From Azolla caroliniana (taxonomy: Eukaryota > Plantae > Polypodiophyta), in the NCBI GenBank assembly GCA_043228905.1, contig JBHGNT010000014.1, positions 3,596,001-3,660,000 on the forward strand: a stretch of DNA of 64,000 nt, read 5' to 3'. Made by a program: the position numbers and the translations under genes. Shown here piece by piece: positions 49,256 to 63,820 of this stretch (the stretch's first letter is position 1; each line of letters opens with the position of its first letter). Below the pieces are notes generated by a model. The model was not told the DNA's origin. It saw only the letters and a list, made by a program, of their open reading frames with translations, and made no database searches.

Positions 49256-52200
49256 ATGGAGGTACCTCTTCTGGGGTCCATGAAGAGAACCTTTAGCTAT
49301 CTCAATCCTATCTCAGAAAAAGAAAAAGAAAAAGAAAAAGATGATGATGATGATGATGGTGATGGTGATGGTGATGGAGATGGAGATGAAGATAAAGCTT
49401 TAAAAGAAGCTGATGATGCGGCATCATCATCAGCTCCCCTCTCAGCCATCTTGTCTTTCAAAGAGAGGCTCATCTTCGGCTCCCCTGATCAGTCTCTGCT
49501 TCCATGGATCGATAGTGTAATAGAACCATGTAGGAATGAAGGTGACGAAGACAAAGTTCTTCTGCATTCTGCAGAGAATCTTGTTGATGCTTGCAGGGAT
49601 GGAACAGGAAAGGAGAAATCGGACGTGGATTTTTTCTATGATTCAACTGTCGAGAATCAGAGGATTGGCTCTCATAGAAGTGGTCTACGGTTAATCTTCC
49701 AGGATCTTCTAAGTGTAGAACCACCTGAAAGCTCAAGGCTTGAATCCGTATCTTCTAATAAGGATACATTATTAGGATTTGAAACAGATAATCATGACAC
49801 AGAGGAGAAGAAACCCTATCATCACACCATTGGCATGCAAGACAAGTCAGGTGTTTATTCTGAGTTTGTTCCTCCTGTGAGAAAGCAATTGAGAAGGATA
49901 AGAACAGCCCCCGCCATAGCTACCAATAGAAGGAGGTCTACCCCAGATATTTCAGGAAAGGAGAAATTAGATAACGCCCTTGGATCGGTCCCATCGCCAT
50001 CCGTGTCAGTTGTATCGCAAGCTTTTGTTGGTCTCCTATTGTACCTTGTAGTGGGCATAGTTATCTATTCATGGAGACAAGACGATTTCTCTGGCTCCTC
50101 AACACATTCTTTCAGCGATGCTATCTATTTTTGCATTGTCACGATGTGTACTATTGGATATGGTGACATCACTCCAGTTACTCCCATGGCAAAGATGTTT
50201 TCGTGTGCCTTTGTGCTTGTTGGGTTCGGGTTTATTGACATCTTGTTAAGTGGGATGGTGACCTATGTGTTGGAGAGGCAGGAATCATTGCTCCTTAGTT
50301 CTGTTGCCTCCGGGAGACATGAAGTTGCGAAGAATTATCTAGTGGATACTAAGAAAGGAAGGATGAGGATACGCTCCAAGGTGGCACTTGCGTTTGGGGT
50401 GGTTATCATATGTATAGGAGTAGGGATGATTGTAATGCATTTTCTTGAGAATATGGGCTGGTTGGATTCTTTCTATTTGTCTTGTATGTCGGTTACAACT
50501 GTTGGCTATGGAGACCATGCCTTTACAACTATTTCCGGGAGGTTATTTGCATCGGCATGGTTGTTAGTAAGCACCCTAGCAGTTGCTCGATCTTTCATCT
50601 TCTTGGCAGAAGCACGAATTGATAAGCGGCATCGGCTTATAGCGAAGTTCATGCTAGAAAAGGAGATGACAGCCAGAGACCTCGTTGCTGCAGATTTGGA
50701 CAATGATGGATGTGTGAGGTACTGATGAAAAGTACACCTTTATTTCTCTTGTAAATATTGTTTTGTCAGTGTCGGTTTTGAACTCTTCATTTGTTATATT
50801 TTTTGTTGAGTAATAGAATAAAACTAAACCATAATCTCCATTTCTTTATAAAGAGTATTTTCATCATATGCTACATTTGAGACTGAACCTGGATGCATGT
50901 AGTTTTCTCAAGTAGTGGTTATAGGTCAAGGAATCTGTATTATAAGATGACTTCAAGAGTTTTTCCTTTTGTCTTTGGAGCTCTCGTATGAACTCTCTTA
51001 CTGCATTCATTACCAATATTACTCAGTATCAGGCAAAGCAAAAACGTGGGATGAACTTTTAGCCCATGATGTGACGATAAATATTCAATCCGTGAATATC
51101 TTGAATCCATATCATGCTGGGAGACACCTCTCTCGCTATTCCAAAAATGAGACCCAATCGGTGTGCGCTTTCTCTCAAGATGAAACTTCCATGTACATTT
51201 CTTAGATAAAGGAGTGTTGTTTGATGATGATTTGATAGGATGGTGCATCTCACTGAAGAGCATAGAGTTTATCTCGTTCTGTGTTTTAGAGACATGGATT
51301 TCTTATATCTTACGTGGTTTTGGATGTTGTAAAGATTTTGTTTGGGTTTGCACAATTATTGTCAACCCTATGCATGCATATTCTGAAACATTGTACATAA
51401 GTCTATTGTTAGAGTTACAACCACAGAGATGGATATATGAAAACAAAACTTCTATTACATATGAGAGTAGTTCACAATGGTAGTTCACCCATGCGCTCAC
51501 ACCTTAGAGCTTAGATGGGATTTGGACCAACTCACTACAAAATTAGTGGGGACTGATGATCAATACACCACTGTGTAAGAGAGTGGATTATATTCTCTGT
51601 TTGGTTTGAGTGTAACATTAAATGTGCATGTCAGTTGATAGTAGTGGAGATATTCCTTTTTTGTCATCTGACTTGTCATTTAATATGGCCCAACTCCCTA
51701 GATACAGGCTAGTGCTAGATAGTACTTATCTTGAAGTCAATGACACATACTTCAAGACCAAGTACATTGTAACTTGCCCACAAAATGTTCTAGTTGACTT
51801 GATTAGCCAATCCTATTACGTATTTTGCTCTTTCCTAAATCTATTGTGTCCTAAGCATCTATGGTTTCCTAGATTAACACCTTATTGACCCATATGGTCG
51901 AGTTGCACACTAGCCGCTCCTCATTTGGGGCACTATCACAAAATGTGCACTCTAAGAGCACATATGGGGATAGATTTACAACTTGGGGCTGATCATTGAT
52001 TATATCTAACATCTATATGTGTGTGTACACTTTTGTGCCATATCCTAGTTTAAAGGACTTGTAAATAATGTCTTCATTGTTTGGTTTCGGTCTTAGGAAA
52101 GTGAGAGACAAAGATAGAGGCACCTACCTTATGAGCTTTCCTCCATGCATTACATGTAAATAATCGCCACCCAGATCAGGGGTGAAGGGAACTCACTCTA

Positions 52201-55200
52201 ATTGATTATGGAAACGGAAGAGATGTGCTAGATCATCCACCACTTCAGATGCTGCTTAACTTGGCATATGGTGCTTATTTGGAAATGCCTTAATAGAAGA
52301 ATGGGACATGGTTTTTGTTATTTTCTCTCATTTTCTGGTATTTTCTTCTTTTCTAATTTAGTTTTTCTTTGTTGTCCTGTGTCTTTGATGCAATTTAATG
52401 GCTGATTTCATTTAAGGCAGGAGGTTAACCAGGTTAGCAGTTTGCTATCCTATGCCATGTCTTATTCACAGTTTGTGGATAGATTGAGCTTGCGCTCCAT
52501 TGTCCTGTGAATTCTCTATAGTATAGATTTCTATTTACCTACTGTAGAGTTTATGTCCTTTTTGTCAAGATATAGGGTTAAGATTCAGTATTGTATTTCC
52601 ATTGTCTTGTAACTTAAACTCCTCCTTTTACTCATCCATCCATGCATGAGTGGCACATGGTCCAATCCAATAGTTCCAATAAAGATGGAGAACCCATCAA
52701 GTAATCAACTGTGCTCTCATCACCTTTTGTGAAAGCTATGATGACATCTTAAGAGGGTGTGATGACTAAAGTGTCACACTAAAGAGAACACCCAGAAGGT
52801 TGAGCTCATATGTGTATGTCTTATTCACACGTTGAGACTTTGGGCTTCGAAGTATGAATATCCCTTCTTAGGAAGGAGACACATATCAAGAAAACTTGTG
52901 TACTTAGATCCCATGGGTCAATATTGGTCTCTATGGATGCTAAAAAATATATATCTATCTACCATGTCAAATTCATAATCATTGTATACTACCTATGTGA
53001 TAAACTATTGTATGTAACCAGTTGATTAGTACTGCCCAAAGCAAGAAGATACTCACCATATTCTGGAACGTTTTCTTAATCCAAGCAAGTCTTTTTAAGC
53101 CAACTTCAGCTGCAACATTTTTTCATAAATGCTCATTCTCATGTCAAACAATGTTGTGTATTTCCAGTATGTGTTCTGAATATGGTGATTTGCAAGAGGT
53201 GCAAACCTTGAGTAGGTTGGTGGAACATATACACATAGCTCTATAAGATCCCATTTGCAAGTGTGTCACATGAATTCTAGAGTTGTGTATAAAAGCAAAC
53301 CGTTGTGGATGTTTAGTGCATATATTAGAAAATATGGTTTAGTTATTTTAAACATGGAGATGCACAAGTGTCTTCTAGAACAATCCAAATGTAGAAGTTT
53401 GCAATTTGGGTGTGCAAGCCCAATTCATTTTGGATCAACCTATGCTAGAGATCTTTTGAAGACAAAAGTATAATATATCTAACTTGAGAATCTCACATGT
53501 GCCAAAAACCAAATTCTTTAGTCTTTTTTTATCTTATTTACTTTTATATTTACTTAGTAATATTTATTTTATTTTGATTTGTTGCTCTCAAAGATGAGAC
53601 AACACTTAAGGTGCAATCTCTTGTTAGGTCTTATAGGCCATTTTGGCCTCTTAAAAGATATTAATATATCTTTCTTTCTTTCTTTCTACTCCTATTATTT
53701 CCTCTATTGCAGTGGCATGACAAAATATATTCTGTTCGGCATTACACTTGTCGGATTCATCATTTAAGTCACCTTAAGTTGTGAACTTAATCTCCATTGG
53801 AGTATCTTGTCAAGACTCTCATCCACCCTCAATGACACAATGCACACGCATCTTATGAACAACACAATATTTCCTTCTTCGACAACATGTAGTGATAGGT
53901 TCATCATATCCCATGTTAGCCATGCTTTAGGGGATTAAATGTTTTTATTCCTGCACACTTTCAACTTTCACACATACGAATCTTTAAGATTGTAAAACAG
54001 GCCTCACGGCCACTTTTAATGGAGAATGTTTACATGGGAGCATGGGGTTGTGAAGTTCACACTTCACAAGGTGAAATTAGTGGAATTTCACCTCCAACAC
54101 CTAGGCTTAGAGATAAGGGGCTCAATAGAGCAAACAACGTGTGAAATGTGGCCTCTTGAATATTTGGGCCATTTTCTAAATTCAAGAAAGGATTGGTATA
54201 AAAGTAAGGAAGACCATTTTCATAATATGACTTTGCTGAGAATCAAACTCAACTAGAGTGTGAACACACCTTAAGAATAGTCAAGGGTGTGAACACACAC
54301 CACTATGTAAAATAACTAATGTGTCATAGAATATAACTTGTATGATACATAGTTAAATGACGGGAACTCAAGGCTCCTTATGTCCAACGCTCGGCCACAA
54401 CCGAGCTTCTTTTCGTACGCAGAAAACGGGAAACAAATACACGACACAGTGAAGAAGAAAAATAATAATACATAGGAGGTTTACGTGGAAAACCCCATAC
54501 TAGGGGAAAAAACCACGGCAGCCCACAGGCTGCAAACTGTCACTATGTGAGAATGTACAACAGTGAGTTCACTGAGGCAACGACCTCGTGCTCACAGATC
54601 TTCGCCACACGCGGCGGTTACAACAGAGGCAACGACCTCTTTCTCTCTCTGTCTCTCTGTACACTATTACGTGCTCTCTCTTCTTCTTGCACCAACAAAG
54701 AAAAATGACAACAACTATTAAAAGTTTGCCCTAAGTCATATTTATACTAATATGACTTTTCGGCTATTTACAAATGTAGCCACGATGGGCTCTTAGAAAC
54801 ATATTTACGAATATGTCTCTTCATCCGGTTCTCACCGGGTCTGTACCATCCGGCTCTCCGTAGCCGGGTACTCCTCATCCGGTTCATACCGGGCCTGCAC
54901 CATCCGGCTCTCCGTAGCCGGGTACTCCTCATCCGGCTCATACCGGGCTTGCACCATCCGGCTCTCCGTAGCCGGGTACTCCTCATCCGGTTCATACCGG
55001 GCCTGCACCATCCAGCTCTCCGTAGCCGGGTACTCCTCATCCGGTTCATACCGGGTCTGCACCATCCGGCTCTCCGTAGCCGGGTACTCCTCATCCGGTT
55101 TCGGCCTTGGCCGAGTTTGTTCATCGGCACTGTTCTTCTTCCTTCCCATCCGGAGGGACCTGTTTCCCAACATTAAAGAGTTAGTTAAGGTTTCCCCACT

Positions 55201-58200
55201 TTCCGGAGAAGGTCGTTTTAGTGAGAGAGTATAGAGAGAGGGTGACCTTATAAGCACCCTCCTCTCTCCCTTTGTAAAGTCTTTGGTTGTTATTGTTTCT
55301 TGTGAAATATACAATTTCGGTTTTTCTGTCTATCTTGTGTCTATTTTCTCTCCTCTCATACACACACACACACCACTAATCTACTTTGTAGCACATAATC
55401 ACACAGTTGATTATTTACATGGTATCAGAGCGATTTGGTAGCTTGATCTAGCCCATCTGCACAAGTTGTGTTATACCCCAACGTTAAAAAAGAATTGGCT
55501 CATCTGAAGAAGAAGACGAAGAAAACCCATTTCGACCATCATGAGTACTCAAATGGGCAGCTCTCTCCCTACCGAATAGTTGGACCGAAACAACTTTGCA
55601 TCTTGAGAATACAAGATCCACCAATACCTTGTCGGCCAAGGCTATTGGTGCTACATTGAGGGTGCACAAGAAATGAAACCCAACCCAACACACGCCAACT
55701 ACTTAGCATGGGAGTATGCGGCAAGTCCGGTGTTATATTGTTTGGCGTCATGTGTTCACGACCACATGCTCAGCTACATTCGAGAAGCCAAGATATTTGA
55801 AAGAAGCTTTTGAGAATGTCAAGAAGATTTTCGTGGCTAATACGACTGCACGAAAGCTTCAACTTCGACAAGAGTTGAACAATGTCCAACAGAAGGACAT
55901 GTCGATCACAAGCTACACCTTGAAGATCAAAGAGCTATATGATTCACTCAGCTCAATCAACGTGAACATTGATGACGACGAAATGGTGCAAATATGCCTT
56001 GGTGGCCTCGCACTATGGTTTAACACAATGCAATCCGCCATCCTAACAAGGGAGAATCCTCCTTCCTTCTTCGACCTTCAATCAATGTTGCTGGACGAAG
56101 AAAACCACGTTTGAACAAGCAGCACCACCTCTGAATGTCATATGCTCTACTCACATTCGGATGGTGGTAGAGGACGCAGTTGATTCGGCCAAGGACGAAG
56201 GGAACGAAGCCCGTCCCATGAGGGCAACTCCTACTTCCAGCAAGAAAGCAGAAACAGCCGTGGAATGTTCGGCAAAGGGGGGGGTTTTCATGCTGGACCA
56301 AGCCGACAAAACAATCCCGTGGAATGCGGCTATTGTGGCAAACTCGGCCACCACGTGGAGCAGTGCTGAAAGAAGAGGAGTGAGTCGGCTTCCACAAGTC
56401 AGCAACTCACCAACTACGCCACCAACTCTGACTATGAGGATTATGGTGGAATTGTTTAACAAAGTGTTTATCTAAGACACTTCATCAACACTGACTTGAG
56501 CGAGTGGGAGTTGTCTAGTAGAGTAACCCAGCTCCTTTAAGTGGGAGGTTGTTGGGATTAAAGGCCCTTTAGGTTTCTCTAACTAAACTAGAAAACGAGT
56601 TTATATTATTTAATATTTTCTAATTTTTGTTAAAGTTGCACAGTCTCGTTTTCAGATTCGTACACATCTAAAAGAATATTTTGTAATTTGAATGGAATCC
56701 TTGTACAAGATTCCACTCATAGTATGAACCATACGTACCATACGTGCATTCACATTCGCGAATGTTTCAATCATTCGCGTAAGAAAAACACCCTCAAAGA
56801 ATGATAAATACCATACTTTTGGAGTAACTATTTATTATAAGGTAAATAAGCCTAAATGGAAAAAAAAAACATTAAAAAATTGGGGAAGAAACAAAAAAAA
56901 ACACAAGAATGATTCGCATTTGTTTTCCAACGTAGGAAAACGAATGTTATGCTAGACGAACACGAATTTTACGTACTATGATTCCACTCATAGATTGACA
57001 AATGCGTGATATTCGTCATATTCTCTATGCGTGATATTCTCAATATTCGAGAATACGAAATGGCCCCAAGAATATTATAAAACCATTCGTTTTACAAAAA
57101 TATATAAAATATTAATTAAATAAATTTAATTCACTAAAAAAAGAGCAATCATTCATTAATAGATTATATACATATGATTAGTATTAACTCTCTTTTATAG
57201 TGTCAAATAAAAAATGGGGAAGTTTATGAACCTTTATTTTAATTAATTAATTGTTTTTTAAAAACAAATATTTGTATATTTATTATAGAAATATGATTAG
57301 TGTGAAGTCCAATTTTTAATGTCAAAATAAAAACATCTATAAGTTTTGAGAGAATAAAAAGTGAGGAATTAGTGAACCTTTATTGTATTTTATTTATTTA
57401 TTAAAAATAAAACGAATACTTTTATATTTATTATAAAAATTTATTAGTGTTAAGTCCCTCTTAATGCCCCTTTTTATAGTCCCTCTTTTAATGTCCCTTT
57501 TTATTGTGAAGCCCCTTTTTTTTATCCTAGTAAAATAAAAAAGGAGGGAGTTCTTGGACTTTTTTTTTTTTTGGGATAAACGTATACTTGTCCATGCATT
57601 CGTATACGTATTCGTATGCATTCGAATGGGAAACCCCACGAATGTGAATATGTCAATCTATGATTCCACTCAACATGAATAGGTATTTATGAGGCCATAA
57701 CTTAGCTATCACATCAACATTTCGAAGACCATATTCTATATATCTGTGTGTGTGTGTGTGTGTGTGCACACCTGGCTTGAATCTTTCTTAAAGTGGTAGG
57801 TTTTGTTTCGCAGAACTGCTTCTACTTTAATACCTCCTATGTGTTAAACCCCATAGTTTTTGGTTCCTATATCTCTGCCTTTAGATATTTCAGAAAAATG
57901 TCTTTCTATCTTCTACTTCCTTACTATAACTTTTGTTTGAAAGATATCTAGCATAGGTCAATCCAGAATGGAGACATCTAAGAAGTGAGGGAAGTACATT
58001 GTGATGGTGAGAGATGTTGACATATTTTGGTAGAGATGTGTGTGAACACACTTAGGACAGTGATGTGTGTGAACACATTTAGGACAGTAATGTGTGAACA
58101 CACTTAGGACTACAGGGGCATTTTTTCCCTCTTTAGGAGGTTTTTTCCCCTTGTCTAAAAATACTCTTACAACCCTAAAGTGGTGTAGGTTTTTGGGATT

Positions 58201-61138
58201 CAAAATAAGAATCCAACAAGAGATAATGGCCTTTATATGTTGATTACAAGGTTGCCGAGATCGTGGTCCATGGGGCCGGGGCCTACGTGCATGACAAATT
58301 GCTATTGCGCGATCTATGTAACCCCTTTGTTATGTCGTGGTCATGAGCCCATTTGTGTAGCCCTTGATTGACTTTTAGCATTAGGAGTGATGGAGCTAAA
58401 GAAAGTTGTGATTTTTCTTTGTGGATGAGCTTGTGTGGCTGTATTGTTGTCCAACAACTTTTCCCTGTGTCTCTTGCGTTCTATCAAGAAAAGTTCTAGG
58501 CACCGTTGGTCCTCATATTCCATTACCTTGTGTAGTGGGCCAATATCTCATCTTATTTCATAAAAGGCACTGTAATGACAAACATAGTGTTCTTCAGATT
58601 CCACTCCTTGATGACACAATTGGCAAATTCTTTCTTCTAGACGTATTCGTGCATATCTGCCTACCTCAATCTCTAACTGATGTGATGAAGTTTGCAGCTG
58701 CCCTATCACACGGCGCAACGCATTGTATAGATGCATGCCCATATAAGGTGGCATGATGATGAATCCATCCTCCAATGTGTGTAAAAAGTGTCTTGTAGTG
58801 GGCCATCTTTGTACCAAGTGATATTTTGGGGCTGATCCATGTCATCTTGTTTTCCAAGTTAAAAATATCAGTTCGGATCACGGGTAGTGCATTTATGCTT
58901 ATGCCATGTGACTCGAACCATTGCTACATTTCAGCATACCAACAATGAACATCTCCATGTTCAGCCAGTTGTCTTGATGACATGAGTGCCAACCTTGAGT
59001 ACCTTCCTTTAGGGAGCGCCCAAAAACTTTAGATATAGGTCACTGATCAGAATAATGCCTCAATGATTATAGGGGTTGCTACCATCTCTGCCCGAATTAT
59101 ATCATGGGGCACCGATGCTTTGCTCCTTATCATGTAGCCAATCATTGACACTAAAGGTCTACCTAAATCTTTCTAGTAATTTGCCTTGTTAAGACTCCGT
59201 TCCCACGTTTCTACTTTTAGAGAAGAGTTGGTGTCACAAGTGTATCAAATTGCCATAGTTTAGTTTGTGGAGGAGGAGGAGGAGGTTTAGGGTTTAGGAG
59301 GAGCAGAAGGAGAAGAAAGAAGAAGAAGAAGAAAGAAGAAGAAGAAGAAGAAGAAGAAGAAGAAGAAGATCAGGGAGAATAAGAGGGAGAAAAGGAAGAG
59401 GTGCCCGTGACAAGGAAAAGGAACGAGGTTCACAAGGATGCAAGAGAAAAGGGAATAACCTATCACGAGACCTTTCGCTCATCAAACGATGATCGAGAGT
59501 TCAAATCTCCTTCCCAATACATGTATGAGAGGTGTAATTTAATTCATCTTACATTCTCAAGACAATTAAAGTGTTATTCAGTATTCACTTCATCCTTTCG
59601 GCATGTATTCTGCATAATCCCATGCTCTTTCCCCCAACCATCTCGTTTACTTCTACGATCTCCCCTTGATTAAAAATCCCAGCAATTTGACATGATGATC
59701 ATGACCTACCTGGCAACATGAGAGATGTGATGGTGTGGTCAGTTGCTCCAAAACACCAAGGGAGTGGGCTGTTGTGTGAGGAGAGAGAAAGTAGAGAAAA
59801 CTTTGCAGAAAAATGAAGAGGAAACCCTAGCTACTAAAAGTCCCTATCTCATTATGTGAGATTTGGGACCAATTCTTATTTGTAAGTAAATTTTTGGGCA
59901 CGATCACACACATCCAATGATCAAAAGTTATAAATATAATGTAAATGCTGATAACCCCCCCAAATTGGGGCCAAAAATATAGTAAAGATGTCTAGAAAGC
60001 TCTCGAAGGGAGCTTGCTCATGGAAGGGTTAAAAATATACACAAAAGGAAAGTCCTTGGGGCCTTTATCCCCAATACCATCACACTGGTTCTTGCATCTG
60101 ATTATCTAGGGTATGTCTAACCCAAAGTGAGTTTGAGACGCCCTCTAGTTGTAGTAGGGGATGCACCACTGGAGAGCCAATGGGCCTTGACCCAAGATAA
60201 ATCTTATTGTTTGACTCTAAGAGTTAATATCTAAGCCATCCATTTGTTGATCCCAATTATTTACAATTGCTGTTACTACTCATCCCAACAATACTTCACC
60301 CAGTCCATACTAAGGGTTTTAAACAATGGCACTAGTTATTAATTTGACAATATATTTGAGTTCGAATTACAATTTGCAGTATCCTTGAACAGGAGTTCCA
60401 AGTATTGAATGGCTTGTGCATAAAATATAAAGCAATTTTTCTTGCCACCCTTGTTGAATGGTTCCTCGCCTCAAATGAATTTCAATGCAGTTCTCATGAG
60501 TACTTGAAGCGTTACCAAATTTCAAGGAAAACTTCAGCAGTAAAATTTCCCCAAATTATATTCCCTAGTTTTTTACACTCTAGAGATATATTGCTTGTAC
60601 GTATGGTAAGAGCTACCCTAGTTGTAAAGGACCTCCATCCTGTTGATGAGGGGAAATTCTGCATCTACCGGGCGGGAATTGGCTTTTCTGAATCCTTTCA
60701 AACTCTTAAGGTTTTTCTCAAAATCTGCTCTGGTCTAATATTTAAACAAATTTAATGCATGGTTTCATGTTTATTTTCAGTCAACTCAAAGAAGAGCCTT
60801 TATGTTGAAGGAACATTATAATAATGTCATGATAGTGTTTAAATTTCCGAAGATATGACTTACAATTTAGTGAAATGTGTGTTGTGTAGCACTATAACCA
60901 AATATTTTATTTTGAAGAATGCCAATATATTTTCTAATCTATATATCCGTAGTGGTTGCACTTTTGCAGCAAGTCTGATTTTGTGGTGTACAAACTGAAG
61001 CAAATGGGGAAGATCGTAGAGAAGGATATTTCGGAAGTGTGCAAGCAATTCAATCGGTTGGACATCGACAACTGTGGGAAGATCACATTATCATGCCTCA
61101 TGCGGCTGCATGAGGCTTCAGTGCCGCTTAAGACATGA
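49256..61138 (+). CDS. TPK: Two-pore (tandem-pore) K+ channel, TPK family; exons 49256-50718 and 60970-61138 (543 aa)
   Basis: RIRTAPA 14-3-3-type site, two pore loops TIGYGD and TVGYGD, EF-hands DLDNDGCV|SKSDF and DIDNCGKI. The GT-AG junction restores the frame. Confidence 0.93.
54358..55172 (-). mobile_element. Solo LTR (815 bp) inserted in the Copia LTR
   Basis: TG...CA ends (TGACGGG / CCCAACA). TSD TTAAA at 54353-54357 and 55173-55177. CGTGGAAAACCCC...GGGGAAAAAACCACG stem. Strand inferred. Confidence 0.85.
54821..55100. repeat. 5 x 54-bp CCGG-rich tandem repeat in the solo LTR
   Basis: TCATCCGGTT register every 54 bp from 54821 to 55091. Confidence 0.95.
56718..56980. mobile_element. 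hAT-type MITE A
   Basis: CATAGTA...TACTATG ends, flanked by ATTCCACT on both sides. Confidence 0.88.
56989..57662. mobile_element. hAT-type MITE B
   Basis: 12-bp TIR CATAGATTGACA...TGTCAATCTATG, flanked by ATTCCACT on both sides. Confidence 0.88.
58200..59270 (-). mobile_element. RTE-like LINE 3' fragment
   Basis: SSHQLEIEVGRY...ERICQLC..GVESEEHYVCH C-terminal motif. Confidence 0.75.
59295..59400. repeat. (GAA)n microsatellite
   Basis: Read directly. Confidence 0.9.
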
Positions 61139-63820
61139 TGGGGCCATCATCTCTTCAATTTCATCACATGTGCAATGTGAGTCTGTAACCAGAAAAAGAG
61201 TAAATGTTCGGCAATTTTTTTAGTTCTAGGTTAAGCAATTTTGACTTTGATATATCACATGGCAAGTGTTAGGATGGGCACCAATCAGTACATTGGTGGT
61301 TGTCTGAAATGAATGAGAAGCTACAAGAGACCATTGTTTACCATTCAAACCTCTTAAGAGTACCCCTTGATTTGCCTATGGCTTTCTTTTCCATGTATAT
61401 CCATGTATAAAAATGAAATAAATATGAATGGAAAAGAACAAAAATTCATGTGTATCATTTAGTAGTTTTCTTTATTTAAGTTTTTAAAGGTGTGCATGCA
61501 CAATAGTGTCAATATGCTTCTTGTCTTTTTATCCAGTAAACTAGCACCTAAATAGAAAGACCCAATCCAATGCATTCCCATGATCTTAAGCACAGGTAAG
61601 CACTAGTATAATGTGTTAGAATCCCTTACATTTGAAACGTGTTAAGGTGCTTGGCATGTGCCAATGCAAAGGGATATCTACCAATCTCATCATTAAATTA
61701 GAATGAGCTCATACAAAAACAAATCCAATTCAATGCAGGAAAGGACATCTAGATATTATAATGGTGTTATAATGCCTTCACATTGTATCATATACGATGG
61801 TAAACAATGAATTAGCATACATTTTTTGTATTCGCATGTAGTCATTTCACAATTGTTTTTGTGTTGGGTGGTGTGACCTATCCATTTTTATCTATTTCGC
61901 ATGAGGAGTTCTTACGAGATTTAAACAATATAAAAGAATTAATTGCATGTTGTACTTACTGTTAATTTTACCAGTTACATATAAGATTACTCAAGGGCTT
62001 ATAAGTTACGCATAGGAAGCACACAATGTGCCTAAATATGGTTCTCACCGAACTCATTATGATCACACGAGAAATCATAATAACATAAATGAATATGTCA
62101 TGGACTACCATCCGTTAAGTCTAAAGTTATAAGGTTTACATAGTGTATAAGTGAATATGTAGGGTTATGTACAAACATAGCATAACAAAGGGCAATAATT
62201 GGAATTGGAGTATGTTGTTAACAAAGGCTAACAAATCCCACATATGTGCTCAACGAAATGTGGGAGCATTTAATATTGGAATGGGTTAATTTTTTGGTTA
62301 CTAACCTGACGTGTAAAGGGAAATTTGGTAAGACATTCTAGGGTAACTTGAGGAATTGTATATGTAAAAATCTTCTCACTTACAAGAACATAAGCTATAG
62401 CTCTTATTTGTGTCAAATCACCATTGTAATCATGCTTGAGTGCCCTTAATATAAATATAGTACGTGTTTCTTGCTCCCGCCATTGTATGCTTTGTTGAAG
62501 TAACTCTCTACAAATTCCTTGTATTTTCCACAAATATCAACATGCACTACCCTTTTCAAGATTTTGTGCATAGTAAAGGAATGTCGCACCTACATCTTTA
62601 CAAAAGATTGACATAACTTTATTGACCCAATACCATCAAACAAGAATACATAAGATGTTTTCCTTTTGATTATGATTGTGCAGGGTTCATAACATGTGGA
62701 GTCCGATAACAATAATAATGTGTTGTAAGGTGTATAAAAATCTTAGAAATGCATGTAATAGTTTTTTCAAAACAAGGGTAATACATGCATTATGAATCAC
62801 TCTCATAATAATTTCACTCTCACACGTTGACAAGCAACTTATTTATTTGGGGTCATGCTTTTAGTCTCACGCTAGCTTGAGTTGCTTCTTTGATCTCCTG
62901 AAGCTAGGTAGTGAGTATGAATTGGTGATGGGGTCATGTAGAAACATGTTGTTCCTCGACACTATTTCATGGCTACAAGTAAGATTATTTATGGACATCC
63001 ACTCGAGCCATACATATTGGCATTCCACATAGAGGTGGGGTCAGTCTCTTACGTTCTCCCTACGCAAAATGTTCTTGTACAAGAAGGCCCTCTAGTTGTT
63101 GCAATAGTCTTTATCGAGATTCCAGAATTGGTGGTGGTGGTCAGAAGGAGGGGGGATACTATGAAGAGGTTGGATATGTGTCTCTTGTCATGATGAGAAA
63201 GTTGATTGCCAAGTTTGATTGAAAAACAAACCTTTCTTTTGTCTCGTCAAAAAGACATTGGTTAGGATGAGACACAGAAGGAAGGAATGTTTAATGGGAG
63301 TTGTGAGGAGGGGACCAAAGTATTTTAGATCTAATTTTTCTATATCCCTCTCTTAGCATGTGCCATGTATGAAGTTGTTTAAATCAAATTTTTCTATGCC
63401 CCTCAGACCCCATCTCATAGCATGTATCCAGTATTTTAGATCTAATTTTTTTTATGTCTCTCTCATAATAGCATGTATCCTAGATTTTCCATTTGAGCTT
63501 GGCTATGGGCATATGATTGATCTCTCTCAATGTGGAAATGGTGTCTTCATAACTAAAATTTAGACTTGGACTTAGACTTAATCCTTATTTAACACGGTTA
63601 ATGAGATAATTGTGAAAAAGAAACCTAATATATCGATAACAATCTGTATTAGGGTATTGTCAAGCTAGACTCTAAACACATTTGCTCCGATGGATCCTCC
63701 CGGTATATGCAGACAGTAGTAGAAAGCAAAGGGCAACACAAATTTCTCTGTTTTTGGTGCATTGTCATCAGCTACTCTCCATTACTTGTGGGCAAATTAT
63801 AGAGTATAGAATGAGGATCC

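Larger units (their letters stand above)
54234..56455 (+). mobile_element. Truncated Copia (5' LTR 54234-55419, PBS 55420-55431, degenerate gag) in the TPK intron
   Basis: TGGTATCAGAGC PBS. Gag homologous to 1511-2347 (RKLQLRQELNN). Confidence 0.88.

Noticed and set aside
54821-55100. Regular repeat array that could be mistaken for a CRISPR array or a repeat-protein gene (ORFs 54768-55130, 54832-55314)
   Set aside because: Head-to-tail repeats with no unique spacers, no cas genes and a eukaryotic LTR context. The ORFs arise because the stop-free 54-bp unit is a multiple of 3.
61200-63800. Possible additional genes or elements downstream of TPK
   Set aside because: Only short AT-rich ORFs and a weak repeat of about 55 bp near 63320-63490. 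Nothing could be supported by eye.
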